From NCBI GenBank assembly GCA_013239625.1, contig MU053136.1:142017-206016 (forward strand): a stretch of DNA of 64,000 nucleotides, given 5' to 3'. The stretch's first letter is position 1. Every line of letters begins with the position of its first letter. This stretch comes from Lama guanicoe. Lineage: Eukaryota. Positions 49,218 through 63,228 of the stretch are shown here, one piece after another. The notes under the pieces were generated by a model. That model was not told where the DNA came from, did no database searches, and worked only from the letters and a program-made list of their open reading frames with translations. Position numbers and translations under genes: made by a program.

Positions 49218-52120
49218 AAAATGGCTCAACAAAGTGGATATAAAGAAAACATACCTCAAAATAATAAAGGCTTTATATGACAAGCCCACAGATAACATCA
49301 TATTCAACGGTAAAAAGCTGAAAGCATCTCCTTCAAGATCAGGAACAAGACAAGGATGCCCACTCTAGCCACTTTCGTTCAATATAGTATTGGAAGTCTT
49401 AACCAAGGCAACTAGACAAGAAAAATAAATAAAAGCCATCCAAACTGGAAAGGAAGAAATAAGATTGTCACTGTGCAGATGACGTGATATTGTATATAGA
49501 AAGTCTTTAAAAATGCCACCAAAAAACTATTAGAACTCATTCATGAATTCAGTAAAGTTGCAGGATACAAAATTAATATACAGAAATCTGTTACATTTCT
49601 ATACACTATCAACGCACTATCAGAAAGAGAAATTAAGTAAACAATCCCATTTACAATTGCACCAAAAAAAATCTAGAAATAAATCTAACTTAAGAGGTAA
49701 AAGACTTATACTCAGAAAACTATAAGACACTGATAAAAGGAATTGAAGCTGACATAAATGGAGAGATATACTGTGCTCATGAATTGGAAAAGTTAATATT
49801 GTTAAAATGACCATACTACCCAAGGTAATCTAAGGATTTAATGCAATCCCTATCAAAATACTGACAGTATTTTTCACAGATCTAGAACAAATAAGTCTAA
49901 AATTTGTGTGGAAACACAAATAATCCTGAATAGCCAAAACAATCTTGAGAAAGAAGAACAAAGCTAGAGGTATCATGCATTCTGATTTCAAACTATATTA
50001 CAAAGCTACAGTAGTCAAAACAGTATAGTACCAGTACAAAAACAAACACATGGACCAATGGAACAGAATAGAGAGCTCAGAAATGAACCCACATTTATAT
50101 GGGCAATTAATCTATGGCAAAGGAGGCAAGAATATACACTGGGGGAAAGACAGCTTCTGCAATAAATGGTGTTGGGGAAACTGGACAGCTACATGCAAAA
50201 AAAAAATCAGACTGGACTACTTTCTCATAGCATGCGCAAAAATAAATTCAAAATAGATTAAAGACTTAAACGTAAGACCTGAACCATAAAACTTCTAGAA
50301 GAAAACATAGGCAGTAAAATCTTTAACATCAATCTTAGAACTTTTTGTTTGGATATGTCTCCTCAGGCAAGGGAAACAGAAACAAAAATTAACAAATAGG
50401 ACTACATCAAACTAAAAAGCTTTTGCACAGCAAAGGAAACCATCAACAAAATGAAAAGGCTGTCTACTGAATGGGAGAAGATATTTACAAACAATATATT
50501 GGATAAGGGGTTAATATCCAAAATAGGGGGAGAGGGTATATATCTCAGTGGTACAGCACATGCTTATCATGCAAGAGGTCCTGGGTTCAGTCCCCAATAC
50601 CTCTGTAAACAAACAAACAAACAAACAAACAAACCTAATTACTCCTCCAAAAGACCTGATAAAATAAAATAAAATATACAAAGAATTGATACAACTCAAC
50701 ATCGAAAAACAAAGTTATTTTTAAAATGGGTGGAGGATCTGAATAGACATTTCTCCAAAGAAGACATACAGATGCTCAACATCACTGATCATCAGAGAAA
50801 TGCAAATCAAAACCACAATGAGATTTGCACTTCACACCTGTCAGAACGGTTATCATCGAAAAGACAAATAAGAAGTGTTGATGAGGATGTGGAAAAAGTG
50901 ACTCCTCCTACACTGTTGGAGGGAATGTAAATTGGTGCAGCCACTACGGAAAACAGAATGGCCGTTCTTCAAAAAAATTAAAAACAGAACCACCATATAA
51001 TCCACCAATTCAACTCCTGGGTATTTATCTGAAGAAAACAGAAATACTAATTTGAAAAGATATATGCACCCCTATGTTCATTTCAGCATCAGCATTATTT
51101 ACAATAACCAAGATATGAAAGCAACCTAAGTGCCCATCAATAGGTGAATGGATAAAGATGTGGCATATGTGTATATACATATATATATATATATATAAAA
51201 AATGGTATTCAGCCATAAAAAGGAATGAAATCTTGCCATTTGCAACATGTATGGATCTAGAGAGAATTGTCCTAAGTGAAATAAGTCAGACAGAGGAAGA
51301 CAAATACCGCATGATTTCACTTATCTAAATCTAATCTAAAAATCTAAATCTAAAAATCTGAAAAACAAAACAAAGAAACAAACATAATAAAAGAGAAACA
51401 GAGTCATAGATACAGAGAACAAACAGGTGGTTACCAGAGGGGAGGAGGCTAGGGGAATGAGAAAAATAGGTGAGAGAGATTAAGAGGTAGAAACTTCCAG
51501 TTACAAATAAATGAGTCATGGGTGTGAAACGTGCAGTGTGGGGAATATAGTCAATAACAACATAAGATCTTTGTATGGTGACAGATGGTACCAACTTATC
51601 GCGGTGATCATTTTGTAATATATAGGAATATTGAATCACCATGTCATGGACTAGGAAATAATGTAGTATTAAGGTCAATTATGCTTCAAACAAACAAATA
51701 AACTCAGAGAGATCAGATTTGTGGTTATCAGAGGTGAGGGTTAGGGAGAGAGGGAACTGAATGAAGGTGGTCAAAAGGGACAAACTTCCAGCTATAAGAT
51801 AAATATGTACTAAGCATGTAATGTACAACATGATAAATGTAATTAACAATGCCGTATGTTATATATGATAGTTGTTAAGAGAGTAAATCCTGAGAATTCT
51901 CATCATAAGGAAAATATGCTTTTTTCTTTTTCTTTTATATTGTATCTGTATGAGATGATGGATGTTCACTAAACTTACTGTGGCAATCATTTCATAATGT
52001 ATGTTAGTCAAATCATTATGCTGTTGACTTTAAACTTATACAGCATTGTATGTAAAATATATCTCAATACAACTGGAAGGAATGAATAAAGTCAATTGAT
52101 AAAAAAAGAAAAAGAAAATG
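49218..52120 (+). mobile_element. LINE-1 ORF2/3'UTR fragment containing a SINE at 50526-50670
   Basis: Peptides [32 protein letters not shown] and [12 protein letters not shown]. Confidence 0.88.
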
Positions 52121-52714
52121 GCAAAAGTGCCAAGAATATGTCAGTAATACGATACCATAATATTAGCACAAAAAGGTGAAAATGTCCACTAATAAGAGTA
52201 ATCGTAACAGTTAACACTCTCTATACCTGGCACTCTTTGAAGCATTTTAACTATGGTACTTCCACAGGGTGGAATACTAGGCAGCCTCAAAAACAGTGAT
52301 GTAGTACTTGGAGGGAGTTTAACTTGGTATAAACTTCCAAGAGAACAATTTGGTACTAACAATCCAAATTTAACATGTACCTAATTCTTTCACTTAAAAA
52401 TTATATTACTAGGAATTTATCCTAGGGCTAGTGTGCTATGTGTAATTTTATAAATACAGGGTGATACGATACATAAATTCAGAGTGATGTTTTATATTCT
52501 CCCACCCTGAATTATTTGCTGTGATGTTTTGGATGGAGGAAACCTGTAAATACATTTATAAGTCCACTAGACCACCACACTCAAAGATAAGCCACTAGCA
52601 TAGCTTATCCCTGCCTGCCACCAAACACTGGAGCACAACAGTATTAGTCTCCCTGAGTCTCTCCGAAGTGCGCTGGACCATTTCATGTATACCATGATAT
52701 TGCCATGACTCCCT

Positions 52715-53261
52715 TGTTGCAGAAAAGTGTGTTACAGCTCAGTGTTACAGCTCAGTGTTATAGATCAGTTGTGACAGCAACCTGGACCTGGGCGAGAGAC
52801 CAAGCAGCACTCGGAGAGTTGGAGAACTCAGGTTTATTACGCCAGCTGGCCCAGAGGAGTTAACACTCTAACCTCTGGAACCCGTCTGTAGGTTTACACA
52901 GGCTTTTAAAGGCTACCAGTCTAGACTTTGCAACATTTTGTAACATCATACGCAAATAAGGTATAACAAACGTGACTAATTAGGAACAATCTTTGTAGAA
53001 ATGGACCAATCAGGAGTGAGGGAAATGGACCAAACAGGAGTGAGCTCCATGCAAATGAAGCACTATAAATGGACCAATCAGGAGTTAGCTCAGGGAACCA
53101 ATAGAATCTTAGGGGTAAGTTCCACTTTCCTAGAAGTAAGCCATTTCAGAGTTTAAAAAGCGAATTAATGCCACTGGGCCAGGGAACTGAATGGTGCTGG
53201 CAGGAGGGTAGTGGCCCTGTTGGAGGGTCCTACTGTCTTTTTTACGGGGCTTCCCACCTCA
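52715..53261 (-). mobile_element. ERV solo LTR (~547 bp)
   Basis: TG...CA termini, three ATGGACCAA(T/A)CAGGAG repeats, AATAAA on the minus strand near 52832-52837; TSD not clean. Confidence 0.7.
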
Positions 53262-56200
53262 TCTTACATGCTTAGTGTAAAGAGCATCCATGAGCAAAGG
53301 ATGGCTTTAATGCATCAGTTGGGAGCAAACAGTGCCTAAAGGCCAAGAGACACTGATCAAATCCTGGGAAGAAGGTAGCACAGGGCTTTGGTTAGCTCTC
53401 GTTGCTGCTTAATGGATCAAGTCGCCGACTGTTCATTACTTGTCAAATGAGAATAATTGTGTGTATGACAAGCAACAACTGGCTCACAATTTTCTTGGTT
53501 GCCTCTTCAGACTGACATTTTTGGACTGGCTTTTTGCTGTAACCCACGTCAAAAATCTGAGAGAAGAGCATCCTCACATATAATAACTGGCATTTGGCTT
53601 AAATAGAACAGACATATTCACAAAAGTTCACCAAGTATGTTTATTACATCACTGTTTGTAAAGGAAACAAACCGTCAGTCAGTTAGGACTGTTAATAATT
53701 TATGATATATTCACATAATGGAATAAATAATATTCAGTCAATTTTTAAAGTGAGATATATTTTCATGTGCTCTTATAAAAAGGTGTCTGAGAAATACATG
53801 TTGTGAAAAAAAAGAGCAATGCATAGCTCAATGAGTATAGCATAATCCCTTTCCTGCTAAAAAAAACATTTATAAGTAGACAAATTTTATAGGGTCTCTT
53901 CCCATCAAAAGAACTGAGTCACTTCTAGAGAAAATCCTCTCTTCATTCCAAACAGATAAAATAACAGATAATATATTCCAAAAATATATTTAAAAGGTAA
54001 TCCATGATAAAACATAAACAAAAAACAAAATAAGCATTTCCTTGAACTGGAAATGGATATGTCATGGCTGAGGGCCAAACCACGGGGGCAATATTAATTG
54101 CCTGGAACCAGCTCCTTTGGAGAGTCCCCTAGATGTTCTGCTGCATGACAGGTATGATGTTGTGAGCCCTGACTGGGCTCTATCTGTTAAAAGCTGCTTG
54201 CATGGAGTGACTGCAAAGAGCAGAGAGGACCAGGCAGCCAGCCCTCTAGGCCACCATGCTGAATAGACTACACCTGCAGCTGGCCAAGGATGGGATCAGT
54301 GACGGCACCCCTAGATCAGATCTCTGCATGTTCAATGTCAACTCTGGTTCTGGACTGGGGAGACGGTCATGAAACCACTTAGCAGGGAGGGATGCAGGCA
54401 ACAGAGGGAAACCTATAGCTCCAAAGTGGACTGGCATCATTAGCACCTTTTTCTAATGTATCTGGCTCTGTGGCAGAGCTGGGGTACTAAAAACTACATT
54501 TCCCCAAATCTCTTGCATCTAGACATTCCTTTATCAATTAACTGCACGCCTAAGAAACCTGAGTTGAGGTAAGCCTATACTGGGGAAGGATGGGTGACCC
54601 CGAGGGGAAGTTGTCCACTTGGAGAGATACGAATTGTGCTAAAGGCTGAGGGGTCCTGCAACTAGCAGCTTCCTGTTTTCGGAAGCTTGTTGCAGTTGTG
54701 ACCTCAGTTTTGCTGATAAGAAGAGTCGTGTGATTCTGGAGGCTGAGAGCTGTTCCTAAAGATTCTGCCTGAAGCAGTGTTTTCTGGAGACAGATCCACA
54801 GACATAGAAAACAAACTTATGGTTACCAGGGAGGGAAGGTGGGGGTGGAGAGATAAACTGGGAGTTTGGAATTTGTAGATACTAACCACTATACACTAAA
54901 TAAACAAGGTCCTACTGTATAGCACAGGGAACTATATTCAATATCTTGTAATAGCTTATAATGAAAAAGAATACGAAAAATAATATATATGTATGACTGA
55001 ATCACTATGTTGTACACCAAAAATTAACACAACATTGCAAATTGACTACACATGTGTGTATATATATGGCAGTGTTTTCTGTTGAGTTTCTGCTGGCATC
55101 TAGGGAAGGGCAAGTCTTCACTGCATGGGCCTGTTCTATTCGTTTAGCTTAGCTGACACTAGCCCAATTGCCAGTGGCTTCACCCATCAATGTCACCACC
55201 AAAAATGCCCCCATATATTTCCAAAAGCGTATCAGCCATGCAAATACCAACCCCAGAACCACACTGTAAGCCACCTGATGGTGAGCGAGAAACAGCTAGA
55301 GTGGTTTCTGACATCTGCAGTGAACCTTTAAGGACACACATGTGAGAAGAAAATGCTCACAAAACCCCACAAACTAAGATTTCAAAGCTCATCGTGAAAG
55401 GGAACACCATGACAGATAGTCAGCAAGCTCCATAAACAGGAGAACTCACTCTACACTAAAGGGAAATAACAGAGTGCCTTGGGAAATATTTTAAATAAGT
55501 ATGCTTAATATCCTCAAAGATAAGGAAACCAACCAGACATGATGAATAAATACAATAACCACTCCTGGATTGGAATTCTTTCAAAAGGATCATTGAGCCA
55601 ACTAAAGAAACTGTACTATGGACTGTATATTAGATAATGGTTTTGTATCAGTGATAAATCTGAGTTTGATCATCAGATTGCTTCTTTAGGAGAACACCCT
55701 TGTTGCTAGGAGATAGATACTGAAGCATTTAGGAATTTAGGATTAAAAAGTCACAACTAACTCACATGGTTCAGCAAAAAGAATGTGTGTGTGTGTGTGT
55801 GTGTATACAGAGAGAGAGATAAAATCAGTATTTAGCTGAGGCTAAACATCACCATCAAAGAATGAAATGCTGAGATAACAAAAATGAATATGAATTTATA
55901 TTAGAATTTTAAAATTATTATTTCATTAGTAAAATTTTTATTTGTCAGCTTTTGTAAGTGTGAGAATAATACGCTGAAACAACTTTCAGCACCATCACTA
56001 AATTACCAGATGGATGCTCACCTTCAACTAAAGCAGGGGAGGGGCAAAATTTTTTCTTTTAAAATTTTTACTTTGAAGTAATTTCAAACTTAGAAATTTG
56101 GAGAGAAAATACAGAATATTCTCACATATGTATTTTTTTCCTCTCTTTAAAAATTTTTTTTAATTTGACCAACTTCATCCAATGAAATTCCACGTATCTT

Positions 56201-56744
56201 TTATTCAGCTTCACCAATTTTCAACATTTTGTCGAATTTGTTGTATCATTCTCTCTGTATAGATATAATTTTTATAGTTCATGATGAATCGTGTAATTCA
56301 TAAGTATTAAATTAACAAAGAATAATTATATAATATATATACCATATGTAGACATACATACAACACATACACATTGTAATACTTATTTTTTCTGAGCAAA
56401 TTGAAAGTAGACTGCATATATTATGCCACTTTATCTCAACACTTCAGAGTATGTTTTCTAAGAACAAGGATTTTTTTAAGTAATTGCAGTTATTAACTTC
56501 AGGCCATTTGCCATTTACCATTTATCTCTTAACAAAGATAAAACATTGACTTTAAACTCCCAGCCATAATGCAGTTTTGTCATTTGTCCCCAAAATGTCT
56601 ACCAAAGCATTTTTTCCCCTCAAGGACAGGATCCAATCTAGGACCACATATTGCATTTAGTTGTTTCTTTAGTCTCCTTTTATTTGGAACAGTTACTCAG
56701 CCTGTCTTTCTTTCATGATGTTGAGATTTAAAAATAAAATACTG

Positions 56745-59700
56745 TTTTGGGGTGGAATGCTCTATAGATATCAGTTAGGTCCATCTGGTCTGATGTGTTA
56801 TTTGGGGCCTGTATTTCCTTACTGATTTTCTGTCTGGATGATCTGTCCATTGGTGTAAGTGAGGTGTTAAGGTCCCCCACTATTATTGTGTTATTGTCCA
56901 TTTTTCCTTTTATGTCTGTTAAAAGTTGCCATATATATTGAGGTGCTCCTACGTTGGGTGCATATATATTTACAATTGTTATATCCTCTTCTTGGATTGA
57001 TCCCTTGAGGATTATGTAGTGCCCTGCTTTGTCTCTTATAACAGTCTTTATTTTTAAATCTATTTTGTCTGATATAAGTATTGCTACTTCAGCTTTCTTC
57101 TGGTTTCCTTTTGCGTGGAATATCTTTTTCCGTCCCCTTACTTTCAACCTGTATGTGACTCTAGCTCGAAAGTTGGTCTCTTGTAGACAGCATACATGTG
57201 GATCTTGTTTTTGTATCCATTCAGCCAGTCTATGTCTTTTGGTTGGAGCATTTAATCCATTTACATTAAAGGTAATTATTGATAGGTTTGTTCTTCTCAG
57301 GTGCACATGGAACATTCTCCAGAATCGACCACATGCTGGCCCACAAAGCTAGCCTCAGCAAATTTAAGAAAACTGAAATTGTACCAAGCACCTTTTCAGA
57401 CCACAATGCTATTAGGTTAGTAATCAACTACAAGAAAAAAATTGCAAAATCTGCAAATACGTGGAGGCTAAACAATATGCTACTACACAGCCAGTGGATT
57501 ATGGAAGAAATCAAAGAGGAAATCAAAAAATACTTTGAGACAAATGAAAATGAAAACACAACAATCCAGAATCTCTGGGACACAGCAAAAGCACTTCTCA
57601 GAGGGAAGTTTACAGCAACACAAGCATATCTTAGGAAACAAGAAAAATCTCAAGTAAACAACCTAACCTTACACCTTAAGCAGCTGGAGAAAGAAAAACA
57701 AACACACCCCAAAGTTAGTAGAAGAAAAGAAACCATAAATATTAGAGCAAAAGTAAATGAAATAGAGACTAAAAAAAAAAATAGAGAAGATCAACGAAAC
57801 TAAAAGCTGGTTCTTTGAAAAGACAAACAAAACTGATAAGCCTTTAGTTAGACTCATCAAGAAAAAAAGGGAGAGGGCCCAAATTAACAAAATCAGAAAT
57901 GAAAAAGGAGAAGTTACAACTGACACCAGAGAAATACAAGGAATCATAAGAGGATCCTATGAGCAACTATACACCAACAAAAACAACAACACAGAACAAA
58001 TGGACAATTTCTTAGAAAGGTACATACACCAACAAAAACAACAACACAGAACAAATGGACAATTTCTTAGAAAGGTACATACACCAACAAAAACAACAAC
58101 ACAGAACAAATGGACAATTTCTTAGAAAGGTACAATCTGTCAAGACTAAACCAGGAAGAAATAGACAATATGAATAGACCGATTACTGGCACTGAAATTG
58201 AATCAGTAAATGAAAACCTCCCAACAAACCAAAGTCCAGGACCAGACGGCTTCACAGGTGAATTCTACCAAACATTTAGAGAAGAGTTAACACCTACCCT
58301 TCTGAAACTATTCCAAAAAATTTCAGAGGAAGGAAAACTTCCAAACTCATTCTATGAGGCCATAATCACCCTGATGCCAAAACCAAACAAGGATATCACA
58401 AAAAAAAATTATAGGCCAATATCACTTATGAGTATACATGCAAAAATTCTCAACAAAATACTAGCAAATCGACTCCAACAATGCACTGAAACGATCCTAC
58501 ACCATGATCAAGTCGGATTTGTCCCAGGGATGCAGGCGTTTTTCAATATATGCAAATCAATCAACATGACACACCACACTAACAAACTGAAGAGTGAAAA
58601 CCATATGAAATGCTCAATAGATGCAGAAAAAGCTTTTGATAAAATTCAACATTCATTTACAGTCAAAACTCTTCAGAAAGTGGGCATAGATGGAACATAA
58701 CTCAACAAAATAAAGGCCATATATGACAAACCCATAGCTAACACCATACTTAATGAGGAAAAGCTGAAAGCATTCCCTCTAAGGTCATGAACAAGACAAG
58801 GATGCCCGCTCTCACCACTTTCATTCAACACAGTTTTGGAAGTCTTAGCCATAGCATTCAGAGGAGAAAAAGAAATAAAAGGAATCCAAATTGGAAACAA
58901 AGAAGTAAAACTGTCACTGTTTGCAGATGACATGATACTATACATAGAAAACACTAAAGAAGCAACCAGAAAGCTGCTAGAACACATCAATGAATATGGT
59001 CAAGTTGCAGGATACAAAATTAATATACAGAAATCAGTTGCATTTCTATACACTAACAATGAAATAGCAGAAAGGGAAATTATGGAAACGATACCATTTA
59101 CCATCATGCCAAAGAGAATAAAATACCTAGGAATAAACCTACCCAAGGAGGCAAAAGACCTGTATGCTGAAAACTATAAGACTCTGATGAAGGAAACTGA
59201 AGATGACATAAACAAATGGAAAGATATACCATGTTCTTGGATTGGAAGAATCAATATTGTTAAAATGGCCATACTGCCCAAGACAATTTACACATTCAAT
59301 GCAATCAATCCCTATTGCATTGAACAAAAAATGTTAAAATTTGTATGGTAACACAAAAGACCTTGAATAGCCAAAACAATCTTGAAAAAGAAGAATGGAG
59401 CTGGGGCAATCATGCTTCCTGACTTCAGACTATACTACAAAGCTACAGTAATCTAAACAGGATGGCACTGGCACAAAAACAGACACATAGATCAATGGAA
59501 CAGGATAGAAAGTCCAGAGATAAACCCACGCACATATGGTCAATTAATCTATGACAAAGGAGGCAAGAATATACAATGGAGGAAAGATAGTCTCTTCAAT
59601 AAGTGGTGCTCAGAAAACTGGACAGCTACCTGTAAAAGACTGAAATTAGAACATTCCCTAACACCATGTACAAAAATAAACACAAAATGGATTAAAGACC

Positions 59701-60934
59701 TAAATGTAAGACCAGATACTACAAAACTTTTAGAGGAAAACATAGGCAGAACACTCACGGACATACATTACAGCAATATATTTTTTGAACCAGCTCCTGG
59801 AGTACTGGAATTAAAAGCAAAAATAAACAAATGGGATCTAAGCTTAAAAGCTTTTGTACAGCTAAGGATACCATCAACAAAACGAAAAGACAACTTATAG
59901 AGTGGGAGAAAATATTTGCAAATGATATGACTGACAAGGGACTAATTTCCAAAATATACAAACAGCTCATACACCTTCATATCAAAGAAATAAGCAACCC
60001 AATCCAAAAATGGGCAGAAGACCTAAACAAGCAATTCTCCAAGGAAGACACACAAGTGGCCAATAGGCACATGAAAAAATGCTCAGCATCGCTAATTGTC
60101 AGAGAAATGCAGATCAAAACTGCAATGAGATATCATTTGACACCAGCCAGAATGGCAATCATTGAAAAGTCTACAAATGTTAGATGCTGGAGAGGCTGTG
60201 GAGAAAAGGGAACCCTACGACACTGTTGGTGGGGATGTAGATTGGTGCAGCAACGATGGAGGACAGTATGGAGGTTCCTTAAAAATCTGAAAATAGGCTT
60301 ACCACATGATCCAGCAATCCCACTCCTGGGCATATATCCAGAGAAAAATAAAATTCAAAAAGACACACACACCCCAGTGCTCTATAGCAGCACTATTTGC
60401 CATAGCCAAGACATGGAAACAACCCAAATGTCCATCGACAGGTGACTGGATAAAGAAGACATGGTACATATATACAATGGAACACTACTCAGCCACAAAA
60501 AAGAATAAAATAATGCCATTTGCAGAATTATGGATGGACCTGAAGACTGTCATTCAAAGTGAAGTGGGCTGGAAAGAGAAATAAAAATGCCATATGATAT
60601 CATATATATGAAGAATCTAAAAAATAATAACAGCAATAATAAGGGCACAAATGAACTAATTATTATTTTGATTTCTTGAATATATGTCAGCACATCAGAC
60701 TGTCCTTTATGACTGGATTACTGCATTCTGTTGATTCTTATTTTGTAGTTGGCTTTATTCCTTTGATAACTATGTAAGTTTAAAAAGCTAAAGATCTAAG
60801 CTGTTCTTAGAAACAATAATTAGTACATATATGAAAACTTAAAAAATGTGCAATATACTCTTTATATGTATTTACATGCACTATAATGTGTATGTGCAGT
60901 CAAACTGTAATATTTCTACATAATAAAACTGGAA
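56745..60934 (+). mobile_element. LINE-1 insertion with inverted 5' segment (56745-~57288, endonuclease region), forward ORF2 with stops, and non-L1 3' tail; inserted into an older minus-strand L1 3'UTR
   Basis: TSD AAAAAT(A/T)AAATACTG at 56730-56744 and 60935-60949; EN peptide on minus, RT motif LFADDMILY on plus. Confidence 0.9.
57969..58133 (+). repeat. Perfect tandem triplication of a 55-bp L1 ORF2 segment
   Basis: Unit ATACACCAACAAAAACAACAACACAGAACAAATGGACAATTTCTTAGAAAGGTAC starts at 57969, 58024 and 58079. Confidence 0.95.
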
Positions 60935-61983
60935 AAAAATTAAATACTGGCCAGTTTCTTTCAAATATATAAAATATTCCTTAGTTGGGGCATGTGTGCT
61001 TTCCCATATTTAGAATTAAGTTGTGTATCCCCAGCCAGAATACTGCATAAGTGATGCTGTGTCTTTCTCAGGGTAGCATACCTGGAGGCACACAGTGTCC
61101 TCTGTCTCTCACCGTAATGTTAGTTTTGACTACCTAGTCAAGGTTTGTCAATTGTGCAGTTACAATGTTTCCTCTTAAAACGAACAAGCAAACTGTGGGG
61201 AGACGCTTTAAACTATGTAAACACCTTACTTCTCATCAAACTTTCTGCCTTAGAATTAGTACTCATTGATGATTCTTGCCCAAACCATGTTTACTGTGAT
61301 GTTTGCAAAATTATTTTCCACTTCATCATTACCCCTATATCTACCAATCAGCATTCTCCCCTCTCCTATATTCACTTATTTATTTAATCATGTATTTATT
61401 ATTAGTGTGGACTCACAGATTCCTGTTTTTTCAATGGTTTATAATTCATTCCTATCCTATCCTATCCTAAATTATTTCGGTGCTCAAATTTTCCTGGATT
61501 CAGCCAGTGAAAGCCCCTTCAAGCTGTGTTTGTCCTTTTAACATGCTCACATCCTTTTTTCTTTTTTTCTTTTTTTAGTATTGCATTCCTTTGACATTTC
61601 AAGTTCATCTTTAACTTTTCCTGTCCCAATCCTGGGATAAGACCTGGAATGAGTCCAAGGATATACGTAGTATACATACAAGAAAAGTACACAGAGTAGA
61701 AGTATACAACTATGTGTATTTTTATAAATTAAGCACACTTGTGTCATCAGCACTTTGATGTAGAAACACAGCTATACCAGCACCCAGATTCCCTTTGATC
61801 CCCATCACCATTCCACCTTTCAAGATAATCACAATCCTGACTACAAACATCATAGATTAGTTTTGCCTGTATTCTACTTTGATAAATAGAATCATACAGA
61901 ATGTAACCATCTATGTTTGGCTTTTTTTGTTTCAGCATTATGAACTACTATGAATAGCTGTGGATCATTTCTCTCAGGCTACA

Positions 61984-62189
61984 CAGTCGACACCTGAACA
62001 ACACGAGTTTGAACTATACTTATATGCACTTTTTCCCACTAGATGTATACTATAGGACTTCCTGCCCTACAGCTGGCTGAATCTGTGAATGCAGAACCTC
62101 AGATATGGAGGGCTGACTGTAAAGTCACAGATATTTCACTGTGTGGAGGGTTGGTGCCCCTAACCCACCTCACTGTTCAAGGTCAACTG
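61984..62189. mobile_element. Tigger2-family MITE
   Basis: Degenerate terminal inverted repeats cagtcgacacctgaaca ... tgttcaaggtcaactg. Confidence 0.7.
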
Positions 62190-63228
62190 TGTAATATTCT
62201 GTATTACTTATCTATTGCTATGTAATACATTATCCCAAGCCTGGAGGACTTAAAACAGCAAACATTATTATCAGGCTGATAAGAGAGAATTATTGTGTTA
62301 TCAATAAAACTCTGCAAATACAATTCTCTGAAAATCTTTATAGGTCTCCTGTGAATCTTATTGAGGTTAACTACAGCAAATAAAAGCCATATTCACAAGT
62401 ATTACTGAGCTAAGCCCTTCTCTTCCTTGGGCTTCATCAACCACTGAGAGTTCTATTGTTAGACTGAACCATCTCTGAGGAACCAGAACAAAGAATTTAT
62501 GTTCACGTCCTTGGCTCCATTTTCAAACTATGTTTTCTTGAGTGTTTCCTAGATATGATCTTTGCTGGAAGTCATTTTTTCTCATTATTATTTTAGCATC
62601 ATTGGTCCTTGGAGAGGCTAGGAATTTTCAAACCCAACAGAACCTCTTTGTTTAGCATTCCTTCCTTTAGCATATCTCTTTCTTTTCATATTCTACTAAA
62701 GCAGCAAGAAGAAATCAGATGGCACCTTCAAAACTTTTCACCCCACTGCTGATGACAATGTTGCTAAATGTAACAAAGGCATCCTTTCCTTCAGTTTCCC
62801 TTCTTTCCTCACTTCCCTTCATCAGCAGCCTCCTTAAAGGACATCAGGCTTCTACTAACAAGCTCTTCAATATTCTTTGGTCTTTCACTAACACTCCTCA
62901 AATTCCTCCTGCTTCAGCCCAACACCCAGTGCCAAAGCCATTCCCACATTTTTAGGTTTTTATTATGGCAGCACCTCATTTCCAGATTTTGGCCAAACCC
63001 AGAAGCTAAACACACACAGGAGCCAACAACTATATATGCTGTTCTGTACCTTGTTTCTTTTGCTTAACAGCTTTGGATATCATTCAACATCAGTAGACAT
63101 AGGTTAACGCAGTGTTGTATTATCTGACTGAACCATGTTTTTAAAATTTTAACTTACTAATGTTTAAAATGTAAATGATTCACATTTGAAATGTTAATAG
63201 ATTGGCCAACTGCTGTCATAAGTTGTAC

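Noticed and set aside
57969..58133. CRISPR-like array
   Set aside because: Head-to-tail repeats with no spacers, derived from L1, in mammalian DNA.
56728..60584. Endonuclease and reverse transcriptase ORFs as an active element or novel RT system
   Set aside because: Ordinary L1 ORF2 broken by stops, frameshifts and an inversion; no ORF1 or 5'UTR.
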